Notes under the pieces: model-generated
Told to the model about the DNA's origin: nothing
The model's database searches: none
Seen by the model: only the letters and a program-made list of their open reading frames with translations
Shown: positions 36,869 to 45,760 of the stretch, piece by piece
How the letters are laid out: each line of letters starts with the position of its first letter
How positions within the stretch are numbered: position 1 is the stretch's first letter
Made by a program: the position numbers and the translations under genes
Assembly (NCBI GenBank): GCA_039190745.1
Contig: JBCCXZ010000003.1
Span: 1 to 64,000 of the forward strand
DNA length: 64,000 bases
Source of the DNA: Planctomycetota bacterium
Lineage (GTDB): Bacteria; Planctomycetota; Planctomycetia; Pirellulales; Lacipirellulaceae
Direction of reading: 5' to 3'

Positions 36869-37304
36869 GGAACCGCCGATGAACGCAGATGAACGGAGAT
36901 GGAGTGGGAGTAAACTAGAAATTGTTGACGATGCGTTGCACTTCAACCTTGGAGTTGCCGAAGTTGATTAATAGAGCAACCGAAAGGTTGGTCGCCTTGA
37001 GGTAGTTCATGCATTGCGCTTGGTGAATACTATCTGGCTGCTTCACGGCCTTGAGTTCAAGAATGATGCACTCTTCAACGAGTAGGTCAGCAAAATACTC
37101 GCCGACGGCCCTGCCATCGTAAAGCACGCTGATCGATTTCTGTTGCTCTACGCGAAAGCCTCGTTTGCCAAGTTCATGACAAAGCGCATTTTCATAGACC
37201 TTCTCTAGAAAACCCGTACCCAGTGCATTTGCCACGTCATAGGCCGTTCCAATAATCGCCTCGGTCAGCCGATCGCTTTGCGATCAGCGTTCATCGGCGG
37301 TTCC
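36869..37304. mobile_element. GxxExxY cassette bounded by perfect 18-bp inverted repeats
   Basis: ggaaccgccgatgaacgc (36869-36886) and its exact reverse complement gcgttcatcggcggttcc (37287-37304); interior visibly lower in GC. Confidence 0.65.
36915..37268 (-). CDS. GxxExxY protein (PD-(D/E)xK nuclease fold); 5' end appears frameshifted
   Basis: LTEAIIGTAYDVANALGTGFLEKVYENAL...ADLLVEECIILELK...QCMNYLK; upstream ATGs lie in a different frame, so the start is uncertain. Confidence 0.88.
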   Translation of the reverse strand: MTEAIIGTAYDVANALGTGFLEKVYENALCHELGKRGFRVEQQKSISVLYDGRAVGEYFADLLVEECIILELKAVKQPDSIHQAQCMNYLKATNLSVALLINFGNSKVEVQRIVNNF

Positions 37305-37307
37305 ATC

Positions 37308-38426
37308 TCAATAAACGCCAACGGTCGTTGCCTCAGCTAGTCGCCTGAAGGGCCGGACGCCGCTGATGCCGTCCCAGGGGTATTGCTCGCAGGGGGGCTC
37401 GCGTTCGCCCTCGTCGCGCTCGAGGAAGCCAGGGACGAAGAACTCTTGGGTGAGCGTCGTGAGCTTCGCGCGACCGGTCTCGCCGTAGCCTACCACCGCG
37501 TTCGTGTCGTCGAAGTCGACCACTTCCACAACCGCGCGGGGTTGTGGGGCATAGTAGCTGATCTTGTAGCCGTTCTCGGCGTTCACCGGGGCGCTGCAGG
37601 CGAGGCCCATGAGGGTGTTGCCGTAGGTGGGCGTCATGTAGATACCGCTCTCTTCGGGCGGGCCGCCGAAGAGTTCCTCGACGCAGAACTTGGTCCACTG
37701 GGGGGTGAATTCGGTGCCGCCGGAGAAGATGCCGGTCACTCCCTGCTCGGCGAGGCTCGTGCCGCGTTCTTCAAGTTCCAGGCAGAGCGATTCGATCAGC
37801 TTGGGCGTGCCGAACATGCACTTCACATCGTGCCCGGCGCCGAGGATGGTGATGGCTTGGTCGATGCAGTGCTTCTTGTAGGCTTCTAGGTGTTCCATCC
37901 AGCCCTTCTTGATGAGCTTGATGACCCACCGCGGGTCGAGGTCGATGCAGAACGAGATGCCGCCCCGGTGCTGGGCGAGGTGTTCGACCGCGAGCCGCAG
38001 GCGCCGGGGGCCGGAGGGGCCGAGCATCAGCCAGTTGGCGCCCTGGGGGAAGTACTGGTCGGGGAGCGTTTCGCTAAAGAGCGAGTAGTCGGTGCGGAAG
38101 TCTTCGATGGCGATGCGGCTCTTGGGGACGCCGGTCGTGCCACCGGTCTCGAAGACGTAGACCGGCTTATCTGCCAACCCCTGCGGAACCCAGCGGCGGA
38201 CCGGGCCGCCGCGGAGCCATTCGTCCTCGAACGGGTCGAACTTCTTGAGGTCGTCGTAACAGCGGATCTCGGTCAGCGGGTCGAATTTCAGCTCGCGCTT
38301 CTTTTCGAGCCAGAAGGGGCAGCCGGTCGAGTTGTGGAAGTGCCACGCGACCGTTTCCACCGCATGGGCGTCGAGCACTTCAAGGGCTTTTTCGGACTGG
38401 GTTTCGGCTGCGGGGGCCTCGCTCAC
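37308..38426 (-). CDS. EhpF-like / LuxE-PaaK-like AMP-dependent acyl-activating protein
   Basis: WHF...GCPFW, FETGGTTGVPK P-loop, IDLDPRWV, YGNTLMG, FLERD. Confidence 0.78.
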   Translation of the reverse strand: MSEAPAAETQSEKALEVLDAHAVETVAWHFHNSTGCPFWLEKKRELKFDPLTEIRCYDDLKKFDPFEDEWLRGGPVRRWVPQGLADKPVYVFETGGTTGVPKSRIAIEDFRTDYSLFSETLPDQYFPQGANWLMLGPSGPRRLRLAVEHLAQHRGGISFCIDLDPRWVIKLIKKGWMEHLEAYKKHCIDQAITILGAGHDVKCMFGTPKLIESLCLELEERGTSLAEQGVTGIFSGGTEFTPQWTKFCVEELFGGPPEESGIYMTPTYGNTLMGLACSAPVNAENGYKISYYAPQPRAVVEVVDFDDTNAVVGYGETGRAKLTTLTQEFFVPGFLERDEGEREPPCEQYPWDGISGVRPFRRLAEATTVGVY

Positions 38427-38635
38427 GGGTCGGTTCCTCTGGCGGGAGCGGCGTTAGAATCTCACGTTTCACCTAGCCCGACCATACCGGCAGCCGCGCA
38501 GGGTGACAACTGTGTGAGCAGACAACCGCGGCGAGGAGCACGGCGTAACGAGTCCGCTCCGACTCGGTAAGCCCGAGAGAGCCCGTATGGTGAAGCAGCA
38601 TAAGCTGCCGAAGAAGCGGGCCGCGAAGATCGAGG

Positions 38636-39103
38636 CTATTCGTTCTCGTTGTCGGCCTGAGGTGAGACACTGAGCTGCGCGAGCACTTGGATGACGCCGT
38701 TGAGGTGGGCGAGCCTCGGGCCGAAGCGGTCGACAAACTCGTTCAGCATGAATTCGCCGTCGATCATCTCTTCGGCGGTGTCGTTGATCTCTTCAGTGAT
38801 GCGCTCGAGGTACTCGAGTTGCACTCGGCTAAGAGACTCAGCGGCTTCGCGGCAGGAGTTCGCCAGGCGGGGATTGGCGCTCCGCCACTGCTTGAGTTCT
38901 TGGCTTCGTTGCTTTTGCTGAGCCGCCATCACGGAGACCAGCTCTTCGAGGATCTCGTTGGTGCGGTCCTGAGCGGCGAGCACCTCTCGCAGGAGCTCGG
39001 ATTGCTCTGCCTGTTGTCCGACGGAAGCCTCGGTCGGTTCCGCACCTGCGGAGACATCGACTTGCGAGAAGATCGCGGCGGCGGGAGGCTGGCTTTGCGA
39101 CAT
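38636..39103 (-). CDS. Hypothetical helical protein
   Basis: Coiled-coil-like; FVDRFGPRLAHLNG. Confidence 0.75.
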   Translation of the reverse strand: MSQSQPPAAAIFSQVDVSAGAEPTEASVGQQAEQSELLREVLAAQDRTNEILEELVSVMAAQQKQRSQELKQWRSANPRLANSCREAAESLSRVQLEYLERITEEINDTAEEMIDGEFMLNEFVDRFGPRLAHLNGVIQVLAQLSVSPQADNENE

Positions 39104-39418
39104 ACAACAACGGCCTTTCAAGGGCGACCGGCTAGACTCGGCGGCGGGCGTAGTGGGGCCCGGCGTGTGCAGCAGACGGTACGCTCCAGCAACGGTGAAT
39201 AGAAATGCAGGCGAAGTGGCGTAGGTGCAGGATACCCGACGGGGGCGGTTCCGAGGAAGGAGCTTCGGCGGGTGAGCCGGTGATAGGCAAGGGTCGAAAA
39301 CTAGAGTCTTCCGCCAAACCTGCGTATCCGACTCAGACCTCTAGTGTAGTCGGGGCCGCAGATTTTTCCACTGTTGCGCAAGCTTGCGGACAACGCGGCC
39401 AGGAATAGGCAACTCTGG

Positions 39419-40363
39419 CTAGAGGAAGCGTCGGAGCAGGGTGTCGAGGGTTTGGTCGATCTGGTCCTTGGTTTCCGCCAAAACCGCGGAATTTCTGTCT
39501 TGGTAGACAGTGTGGTCTCCGGCTGTGTCGTGATCGTGAGCGGCGCCCGGCTCGCTGACGGCTTGGAACCCGGCCCATTCGAGTCGGACAGGCCAATTCT
39601 GCAGCTCAGCCGTTTGGTTTACCCGCTGCATAACCCGCAAGGACCAGAAAGCCCCGAAGGCGTCTCGGAATGCGATCCAGCGAGCAGTTTGGCGGTTTGC
39701 GGCACTCTCCGGCTGATGGCCGTGCCTCGCCTTCGCATTGCTAGCAGTGAGGCCGCGCCTCAGGGCCGCTACAGCCAGCAGCAGGAGGAAAGTGCCGACG
39801 AGTGTTCGTGACCCGCTGTCGCTGGCGGAGCCTTTGGCGAGCCACTCATAGATAAGAACTGCTTGACCGACGGTGGCTAGAAGCACTGCGACGCGGAACT
39901 GCGTGGGTATGTAATTGAGGGGCGCCAAGCAGAGCAGCCCCCCGAGAAAGAGTCGCCAGGCGGTGAACAGCTCGACCCGTGCAGCCGAAGCGGTCACGAG
40001 GCCCTGCAGTGCCGGCCAGACGAGCACGAGCCAAAGTGAAGCGACGATCCATTGCCAACCTCGGTCTTGAGGCCTCTTGGCTCCGAGCAGAGCCATAATC
40101 GGAGTAAAGAGACCGGCCGTTGCTGCGTAGCGTAGCAGCGATATCCCGAAGCTGCTTTCGTCTTCAACATTGGCCGCAATCCAGACCTCGCTCGACGCGA
40201 GGAACGTGAAAGCCGCGACGGCCCACAGCAACGGCGCCAGTAGGGTCGTTCCCCGAGCGCGGGGCGCCAGGAGGCCGAGGAGACATGCGGCGATTCCGGC
40301 CGCGATTGCCGCGCAGGCGTGGGCGACGAGTGGCCAGGTAGTTCCGTCTGCAGGGATCGTCAT
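39419..40363 (-). CDS. Hypothetical multi-pass membrane protein
   Basis: About 7-8 hydrophobic segments; start uncertain (ORF extends to 40411). Confidence 0.75.
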   Translation of the reverse strand: MTIPADGTTWPLVAHACAAIAAGIAACLLGLLAPRARGTTLLAPLLWAVAAFTFLASSEVWIAANVEDESSFGISLLRYAATAGLFTPIMALLGAKRPQDRGWQWIVASLWLVLVWPALQGLVTASAARVELFTAWRLFLGGLLCLAPLNYIPTQFRVAVLLATVGQAVLIYEWLAKGSASDSGSRTLVGTFLLLLAVAALRRGLTASNAKARHGHQPESAANRQTARWIAFRDAFGAFWSLRVMQRVNQTAELQNWPVRLEWAGFQAVSEPGAAHDHDTAGDHTVYQDRNSAVLAETKDQIDQTLDTLLRRFL

Positions 40364-40641
40364 AACCGGGGTATCGGTCGTGCCGGTTGGCGGAGGGTTC
40401 CGAGTCGGCAAAGCGTGCCGGGTTGGGTTTGCTCAACCCTTGAACGTAACCCATGTTTCATCAGCGAGACATGAGGGGCGGCGAGCGACGCCATGCGGAT
40501 CGGAAATGCCCCGACAAGGTCCTCCCCACGGGCTGCGTCGGCGGGCCGGTTTACCGGGCATCCAGGCCGTCCTACACCGGTGTTCGTCGTGGCTGCGCCT
40601 ACTGGGGAGTGCGGCGCGTCACGGCGACACCGGCCGAACAG

Positions 40642-40686
40642 GCCCTTGTCTGGCCCCGACTTAGGGGGCCGGCAAGGGCTTTTTTT
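40642..40686 (+). terminator. Rho-independent terminator on the plus strand
   Basis: gcccttgtctggcccc/ggggccggcaagggc followed by T7. Confidence 0.75.
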
Positions 40687-40803
40687 GTCGGCGCTTGCGG
40701 GAAAACCCCGAGAACGCTCTTCAGCGTTGCACTCCCGAAGGCCGATAAGCTTGCTGTAAGGAAACGGGAGGGCGGAGCACGCTTGTGCTCCGCTTCAGGA
40801 TAG

Positions 40804-40846
40804 AGGTCACGGCAGGGCGACGGATCGGCCTGCCGTGACCTTTTTT
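40804..40846 (+). terminator. Rho-independent terminator on the plus strand
   Basis: aggtcacggcagg/cctgccgtgacct followed by a T-run. Confidence 0.75.
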
Positions 40847-40867
40847 GTTTCGCGGTACAAAAGCGGC

Positions 40868-42289
40868 CTACTCGCTCTTGAGTTCTTCGAGGAGCTTCTC
40901 GGCCTGCTCCCTGTAGACGAAGAGGTTCGCCGTCTTACCGACGACTTGTTCGAGTATCTGCCTAGCGTTCGGCTTGCTGTTCTGCTCAGCGAGCATCCGT
41001 GCAACGAAGTAGGACGAGTCTGGCGTCAGGCTCCCGGATTGGGCGCCCTTCTGGAGTGCTGCACGCGATTCTTGAGTACGGCCGAGCTTGAACAGCACCC
41101 AAGCGAGGGTGATGTTGGCCTGGGCATTGTTGGGGTAGCCGCGGGCGTTGAGTTGGGCGTGGCGGAGTGCTTTCTGCTGCGAAGTTGTGTCGTCTCGAGC
41201 CGCCAGCAGCAGGGCAAGCCAGTTGGTGGCGCTCTCGTTGCCGGGCGAGACGGCCAAGACTTTGTTGAGGAGTTCCTCGGCTCGCTCGCTATCGCCTCGC
41301 ATCTGCGCGATGAGGCCCGACAGCAGTAGCGCTTCGACCGCGCTCTCGTCTTGGGCCAACAGCGCGGTAGCAATCTCGTTGGCTTTATCCAACTCCCGCT
41401 GCTGGATCAGCCATCCGGCGTAGGCCTGTGAGGTAGAACGCTCGCCGCCGGTTTCCTCGTAGGCCCGTTCGTACGCTTTCCGGGCCTTCTCAATGTCGCC
41501 GTCTTGGGTGAACAGGTTGCCGAGCGCCACGTAGGGGTACGGCGCGCGGTCAGAGATCTCGCGGGCCATTTTGAAGTGATTGAATGATTCTTTAGCCTTG
41601 CCGAGGCGGAAGTAGGTGACCGCCAGGCGCTGGAGGGCGGCCGCGTTGTCGGGATCGATCTCTTTCCACTTCAGAAGCAGTTCCAAAGCTTGGTCCCACT
41701 TCTCGCGTCGTTCGAGCACCGCGGAGCGTCCCGCGAGTAGTTGGACGTCGAATCTACTGCGTCGCTTGTTGTTGGAGGTGAAACCCTCGACGATGGGGGC
41801 AGCATACTCGAACAGTGCGCTCGCCTCGGTGGTTCGTCCTTGCCCGAATGCTTGATTGGCCATGATGAGGTAGGCCTCAGGGTCGGAAGGTTCCTCAGTT
41901 ACGACACGCTCGAGCGAGATCATCGCGGCTTTGACGTTCCTTGCAGCGATCTGCATCTTTGCCAGGATCAGGTCGACCGGCGGCAGGCGTTTTGTCTCGC
42001 TGCGGGCGATCTCCAGGAATTCTCGTGCGCCCTGGATGTCGCCGTTTCTGAATCGCTGGATGGCTTTGTCGACGTTTGGGTAGTCGCGGTTAGAGAACGA
42101 TACGGCGTCGCCCACGAGTTCTTTGGCCCCGAATTCTTTCTTCTGCGGGACCGACGAGAGCGTTCCTCCCGGGGGGGCTGGCGTGCTCTGTGCAGTGGCG
42201 ACCTGTGGCACAAACGAAACCAAGAGCGCCAGCAACATCGCTGCATGGCTCCAGGTTCGCCGGATTAGGGTGGCGGGCATTGGGATCAT
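40868..42289 (-). CDS. Exported TPR protein
   Basis: Signal peptide ending ATA-Q; many TPR repeats. Confidence 0.88.
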   Translation of the reverse strand: MIPMPATLIRRTWSHAAMLLALLVSFVPQVATAQSTPAPPGGTLSSVPQKKEFGAKELVGDAVSFSNRDYPNVDKAIQRFRNGDIQGAREFLEIARSETKRLPPVDLILAKMQIAARNVKAAMISLERVVTEEPSDPEAYLIMANQAFGQGRTTEASALFEYAAPIVEGFTSNNKRRSRFDVQLLAGRSAVLERREKWDQALELLLKWKEIDPDNAAALQRLAVTYFRLGKAKESFNHFKMAREISDRAPYPYVALGNLFTQDGDIEKARKAYERAYEETGGERSTSQAYAGWLIQQRELDKANEIATALLAQDESAVEALLLSGLIAQMRGDSERAEELLNKVLAVSPGNESATNWLALLLAARDDTTSQQKALRHAQLNARGYPNNAQANITLAWVLFKLGRTQESRAALQKGAQSGSLTPDSSYFVARMLAEQNSKPNARQILEQVVGKTANLFVYREQAEKLLEELKSE

Positions 42290-42660
42290 ACCTCTCTAAG
42301 GAGTCTGAGCGGTCCGGGGGGCAGGCCGGTCGCTTTGGTTCTTGCCTGGGCAGGCGGCTGAGTCTTGGCCTCGCCGCACGGCCCCGTAGTTTAGACGATC
42401 AAGGCCTAAGCTGCACGGAGCCGCGAACGCGGCTGGGCGCAACAGTTGGCCGATCGTTGTCCGTTTATGTCGGTCACGCAGGATGGAGCCCCTCTGGCTC
42501 GACTCGCCTCCGGGGCGTGAATATACTGCGTTGCCCTCGCAGAGAGTGGTCGGCAGCCTCCCTCCGCCCTGGGAAGACGAGGCAGTCGAGAATCGTTGAG
42601 ACGTACCGATCCTGTGCGTCGTTCCAAGAATCGCCACTTTTTTTGAACCGGTAGGGCAGT

Positions 42661-44418
42661 TTGCTCGTCGGCCCTGTCTTCACACGAGAGCTGATGACCG
42701 CCCCACGCGGGTGGCGGTTGTATTTCACCCGAGCGGTCTACGTGGGGTCGCTTTTTGGCTTGGTCGTCACGGCTTGGCTGATTCTGCTGGGGTCGTACAC
42801 GCTAGAGGGGCCGGCCGCCTTGTCGCGGTTCGGCTCGGCGGTCTTCGCAGTCATCGCGCCGGTGCAGCTGGCGATGGCGATCGCTTTTTCCGCTCTGTTG
42901 ACTGCCGCTGCCGTCGCGCAAGAGAAGGATCGGCGGACCCTGGAACTGCTCTTGCTTTCTCGGCTAACGAACTCGGAGCTCGTTCTTGGCAAGATGCTCG
43001 CCAGCATGCTCACGGTGTTGGTGCTGATCACAGCCGCTGCTCCGTTGATGGTTCTGTTGACGCTGCTGGGCGGGGTCTCCCACGGCCAAGTGCTGCGGGT
43101 TCTTGGCGTGACGCTCGCAGCCGCCGCACTCGCGGGCAGCTTGGGTTCGATGGTTGCGCTTTGGCGAGAGAAGACATTCCAGAGCCTCGCGGCAACCGCT
43201 ATCGCTTTGGTGTTGTGGTTGCTCTTGGGCGAAGCTGTTGCGAACGGCCTTTTCGGGACCTTAGCCGATCTGTCCCCGGAGGACTGGGCGGCGGGGTTAA
43301 GTCCCTTCCGAGCCATGGGAGTCGCAAACCGCGCGGCCGGTAGCGGCACGGCCGAGTTTGCGGCGGTTGGAGGGCCCGCGGGGCTGTTCATGGTTTTGGC
43401 TTCAGCGGCCGCGATCGGACTGAACCTGCTGGCCATTCTCCGAGTGCGTGCTTGGAATCCGACCCGAGAGTTGCTGCCCTCCTCTACGAACGGCGCGGAG
43501 TCGACTCAGGGAGAGGAGGTGGACATCCACGCGGCGCCGGGACCCTCGCGGCGCGTCTGGGACAACCCGATCTTGTGGCGGGAGGTTTGTACTTGGGCTT
43601 ACGGCAAGAAGATCCTGTTTGTGCGCCTGGGTTACTTAGCAGTGTTCGCGGTTTGTGCGATCGCATTGTTCGCGACCGACTCGACGGCCCGGCGGGGCGG
43701 CGCGACGCCGCCTGAGGCGTTGCCGCTTGTCCCGTTGATGGTGGTGAGCCTTGTGCTGGTCAACGCGCTGGCGGTGACTTCGATAACGAATGAACGCGAC
43801 CTGAAGGCGCTCGACCTGCTGTTGGTTACAGACCTCTCGCCCAAGGAAATCGTCTACGGCAAGCTCGGCGGGATTTTCTTCAACTCGAAAGAGATGCTCT
43901 TGCTGCCGCTGGCGCTGGCGGGTTTCTTGTGGTGGCAGGGCGCGTTAGGAAACGAGAACCTGCTATTTGTTTCGGTTGGCCTGATCGTCGTTAATGCGTT
44001 CGTGGCAATGCTAGGCGTTCACTCCGGGATGACCTATTTGACGTCGCGTTCTGCGGTGGCGGTCAGTCTGGGAACGGTGCTCTTTCTGCTCTTGGGCGTC
44101 GGCGTTTGCATGAGGATGATGGTAGCGTTTCAAGGTTCGTTCTTTAATCAGTTGCAGGCTTTCCTCGCCTTTATGCTCGGTGGGGGAGCGGGGCTGTTTG
44201 TGGCTTTGGGGTACCGCAACGCTTCGCCAGCGATCGGCTGGGCGACCATACCGATGCCGTTCGCGTCGTTCTTTGCGATCACGAGCTTCCTGAACGGCGG
44301 GTACGGGTCGGCCTTCCTCGTGGCGGCGGGGATGTACGGCTTCGCGACAGCGGCGATGCTTGTGCCGGCGATTTCTGAATTCGATGTTGCGACCGGGCGG
44401 ACCTCTGCCCAAGACTGA
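42661..44418 (+). CDS. ABC-2-type transporter permease (duplicated domain)
   Basis: Two repeats EKDRRTLELLLLSRL / ERDLKALDLLLVTDL; many TM helices. Confidence 0.88.
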   Translation: MLVGPVFTRELMTAPRGWRLYFTRAVYVGSLFGLVVTAWLILLGSYTLEGPAALSRFGSAVFAVIAPVQLAMAIAFSALLTAAAVAQEKDRRTLELLLLSRLTNSELVLGKMLASMLTVLVLITAAAPLMVLLTLLGGVSHGQVLRVLGVTLAAAALAGSLGSMVALWREKTFQSLAATAIALVLWLLLGEAVANGLFGTLADLSPEDWAAGLSPFRAMGVANRAAGSGTAEFAAVGGPAGLFMVLASAAAIGLNLLAILRVRAWNPTRELLPSSTNGAESTQGEEVDIHAAPGPSRRVWDNPILWREVCTWAYGKKILFVRLGYLAVFAVCAIALFATDSTARRGGATPPEALPLVPLMVVSLVLVNALAVTSITNERDLKALDLLLVTDLSPKEIVYGKLGGIFFNSKEMLLLPLALAGFLWWQGALGNENLLFVSVGLIVVNAFVAMLGVHSGMTYLTSRSAVAVSLGTVLFLLLGVGVCMRMMVAFQGSFFNQLQAFLAFMLGGGAGLFVALGYRNASPAIGWATIPMPFASFFAITSFLNGGYGSAFLVAAGMYGFATAAMLVPAISEFDVATGRTSAQD

Positions 44419-44494
44419 ACGAGTCATGCGATTTGGTTCACGGCCGTCGGCTTAGAGCCCGGCGGCCAATGCACACTCAGCGGCGTTTGTTTCG

Positions 44495-45760
44495 GTGGAC
44501 CTTCTTCAAGAAACTGCCCCTCTCTTTGCGGCGATGGCCTTCCTCGCGGCAGCGTCCGGGTTCTTCTCGTGCAGCGAGGCCGCACTGTTTTCGGTTCGGC
44601 CAGACCAGCTACGCCGCCTTGGACGCGAGGGTCGCCGCAGCCGCGCGGTGGTCGAGCTGCTGTCAGATCCCGAAAGGCTGCTCACGGCGATCCTGTTCTG
44701 GAATCTGATGATCAACATCGCGTACTTCGCGCTATCATCCGTTGTGAGCATTCAGTTCCAGAAGGACGGCCGCCCCGCGGAGGCGGGGGTCGTGGCCGTC
44801 GGCGCTGTCCTGGCGATTATCCTTTTCAGCGAGATGTTGCCCAAAACGATCGGAGTCACCGGCCCACGGTCGGTCAGCACGCTCGTGAGTCTGCCGCTCG
44901 CGGCCTCGGTGCGTCTGCTCGATCCGGTGGCCCCCGTGTTCGGGACGGTTATGCGTGCGTTGAAACGGGTATTCCTGCCGGGGTTCCAGCCGGAGCCGTA
45001 TCTCCAAGTGCAAGACCTTGAAAGGGCGATCAGCCTTTCCACCGCCGACCAAGAACTAGCTGCGCTGGAGCACTCGGCGCTCCAGGAGATTGTCCAGCTC
45101 TCCGAACAAACGGCGGAGGAACTCATGCGGCCGCGGCGCCACTACCAACAGTTTGCTCCGCCCGTGCATCTAGACGACCTCGGCGGCCGGCTGACTCGTA
45201 GCGGATACGTTCTGGTTAGCGAACCCGATTCGGACGAGATCGCTCGGGCGATCCCCGTGAAGCACCTCTGGAGCGTGCCGCGGCAGCACCTGGAGGAGTT
45301 CGCGGTCGATGTCGTTTATGTTCCTTGGTGTGCGTCGGTGGCGGTAGTGTTCGGCGAGCTTCAGCGGCAACGGAGCGAGGTTGCGGCCGTGATCAACGAA
45401 CACGGCGAGACGGTCGGGATAGTGACCTTGGAAGACCTGCTGGAAACGATCTTCTTGAGCGACTCGACCCGCAGCGGAAGGCTGTTGGAGCGGACCGCTA
45501 TACAGCCTCTATGGGAGGGGGGGTGGCGTGTGACGGGCATGACCGGCATACGCCGGCTCGCACGCGAGCTCGGGCTTGAAACACCCGACACGAAGAGCAC
45601 CACCGTCGGCGGCGTGCTCCAAGAAGAGCTCCAACGCATACCGGAAGAGGGCGACCGCGTCTCTTGGGGACAGGTGGAGTTTCATGTGGTCGAAGTGACG
45701 GACGACGGGACGCTGCTTGTAGAAATGACGCTTACCGGCCTCCTGGAGGACGGCGTATGA
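44495..45760 (+). CDS. CNNM (DUF21)/CBS/CorC-HlyC domain protein
   Basis: SGFFSCSEAALFS, FSEMLPKT, VINEHGETVGIVTLEDLLE. Confidence 0.9.
   Translation: MDLLQETAPLFAAMAFLAAASGFFSCSEAALFSVRPDQLRRLGREGRRSRAVVELLSDPERLLTAILFWNLMINIAYFALSSVVSIQFQKDGRPAEAGVVAVGAVLAIILFSEMLPKTIGVTGPRSVSTLVSLPLAASVRLLDPVAPVFGTVMRALKRVFLPGFQPEPYLQVQDLERAISLSTADQELAALEHSALQEIVQLSEQTAEELMRPRRHYQQFAPPVHLDDLGGRLTRSGYVLVSEPDSDEIARAIPVKHLWSVPRQHLEEFAVDVVYVPWCASVAVVFGELQRQRSEVAAVINEHGETVGIVTLEDLLETIFLSDSTRSGRLLERTAIQPLWEGGWRVTGMTGIRRLARELGLETPDTKSTTVGGVLQEELQRIPEEGDRVSWGQVEFHVVEVTDDGTLLVEMTLTGLLEDGV

Noticed and set aside
40455..40470. Hammerhead ribozyme core (ctgatga on the minus strand)
   Set aside because: No stem II between CUGAUGA and GAAA; it is a simple hairpin
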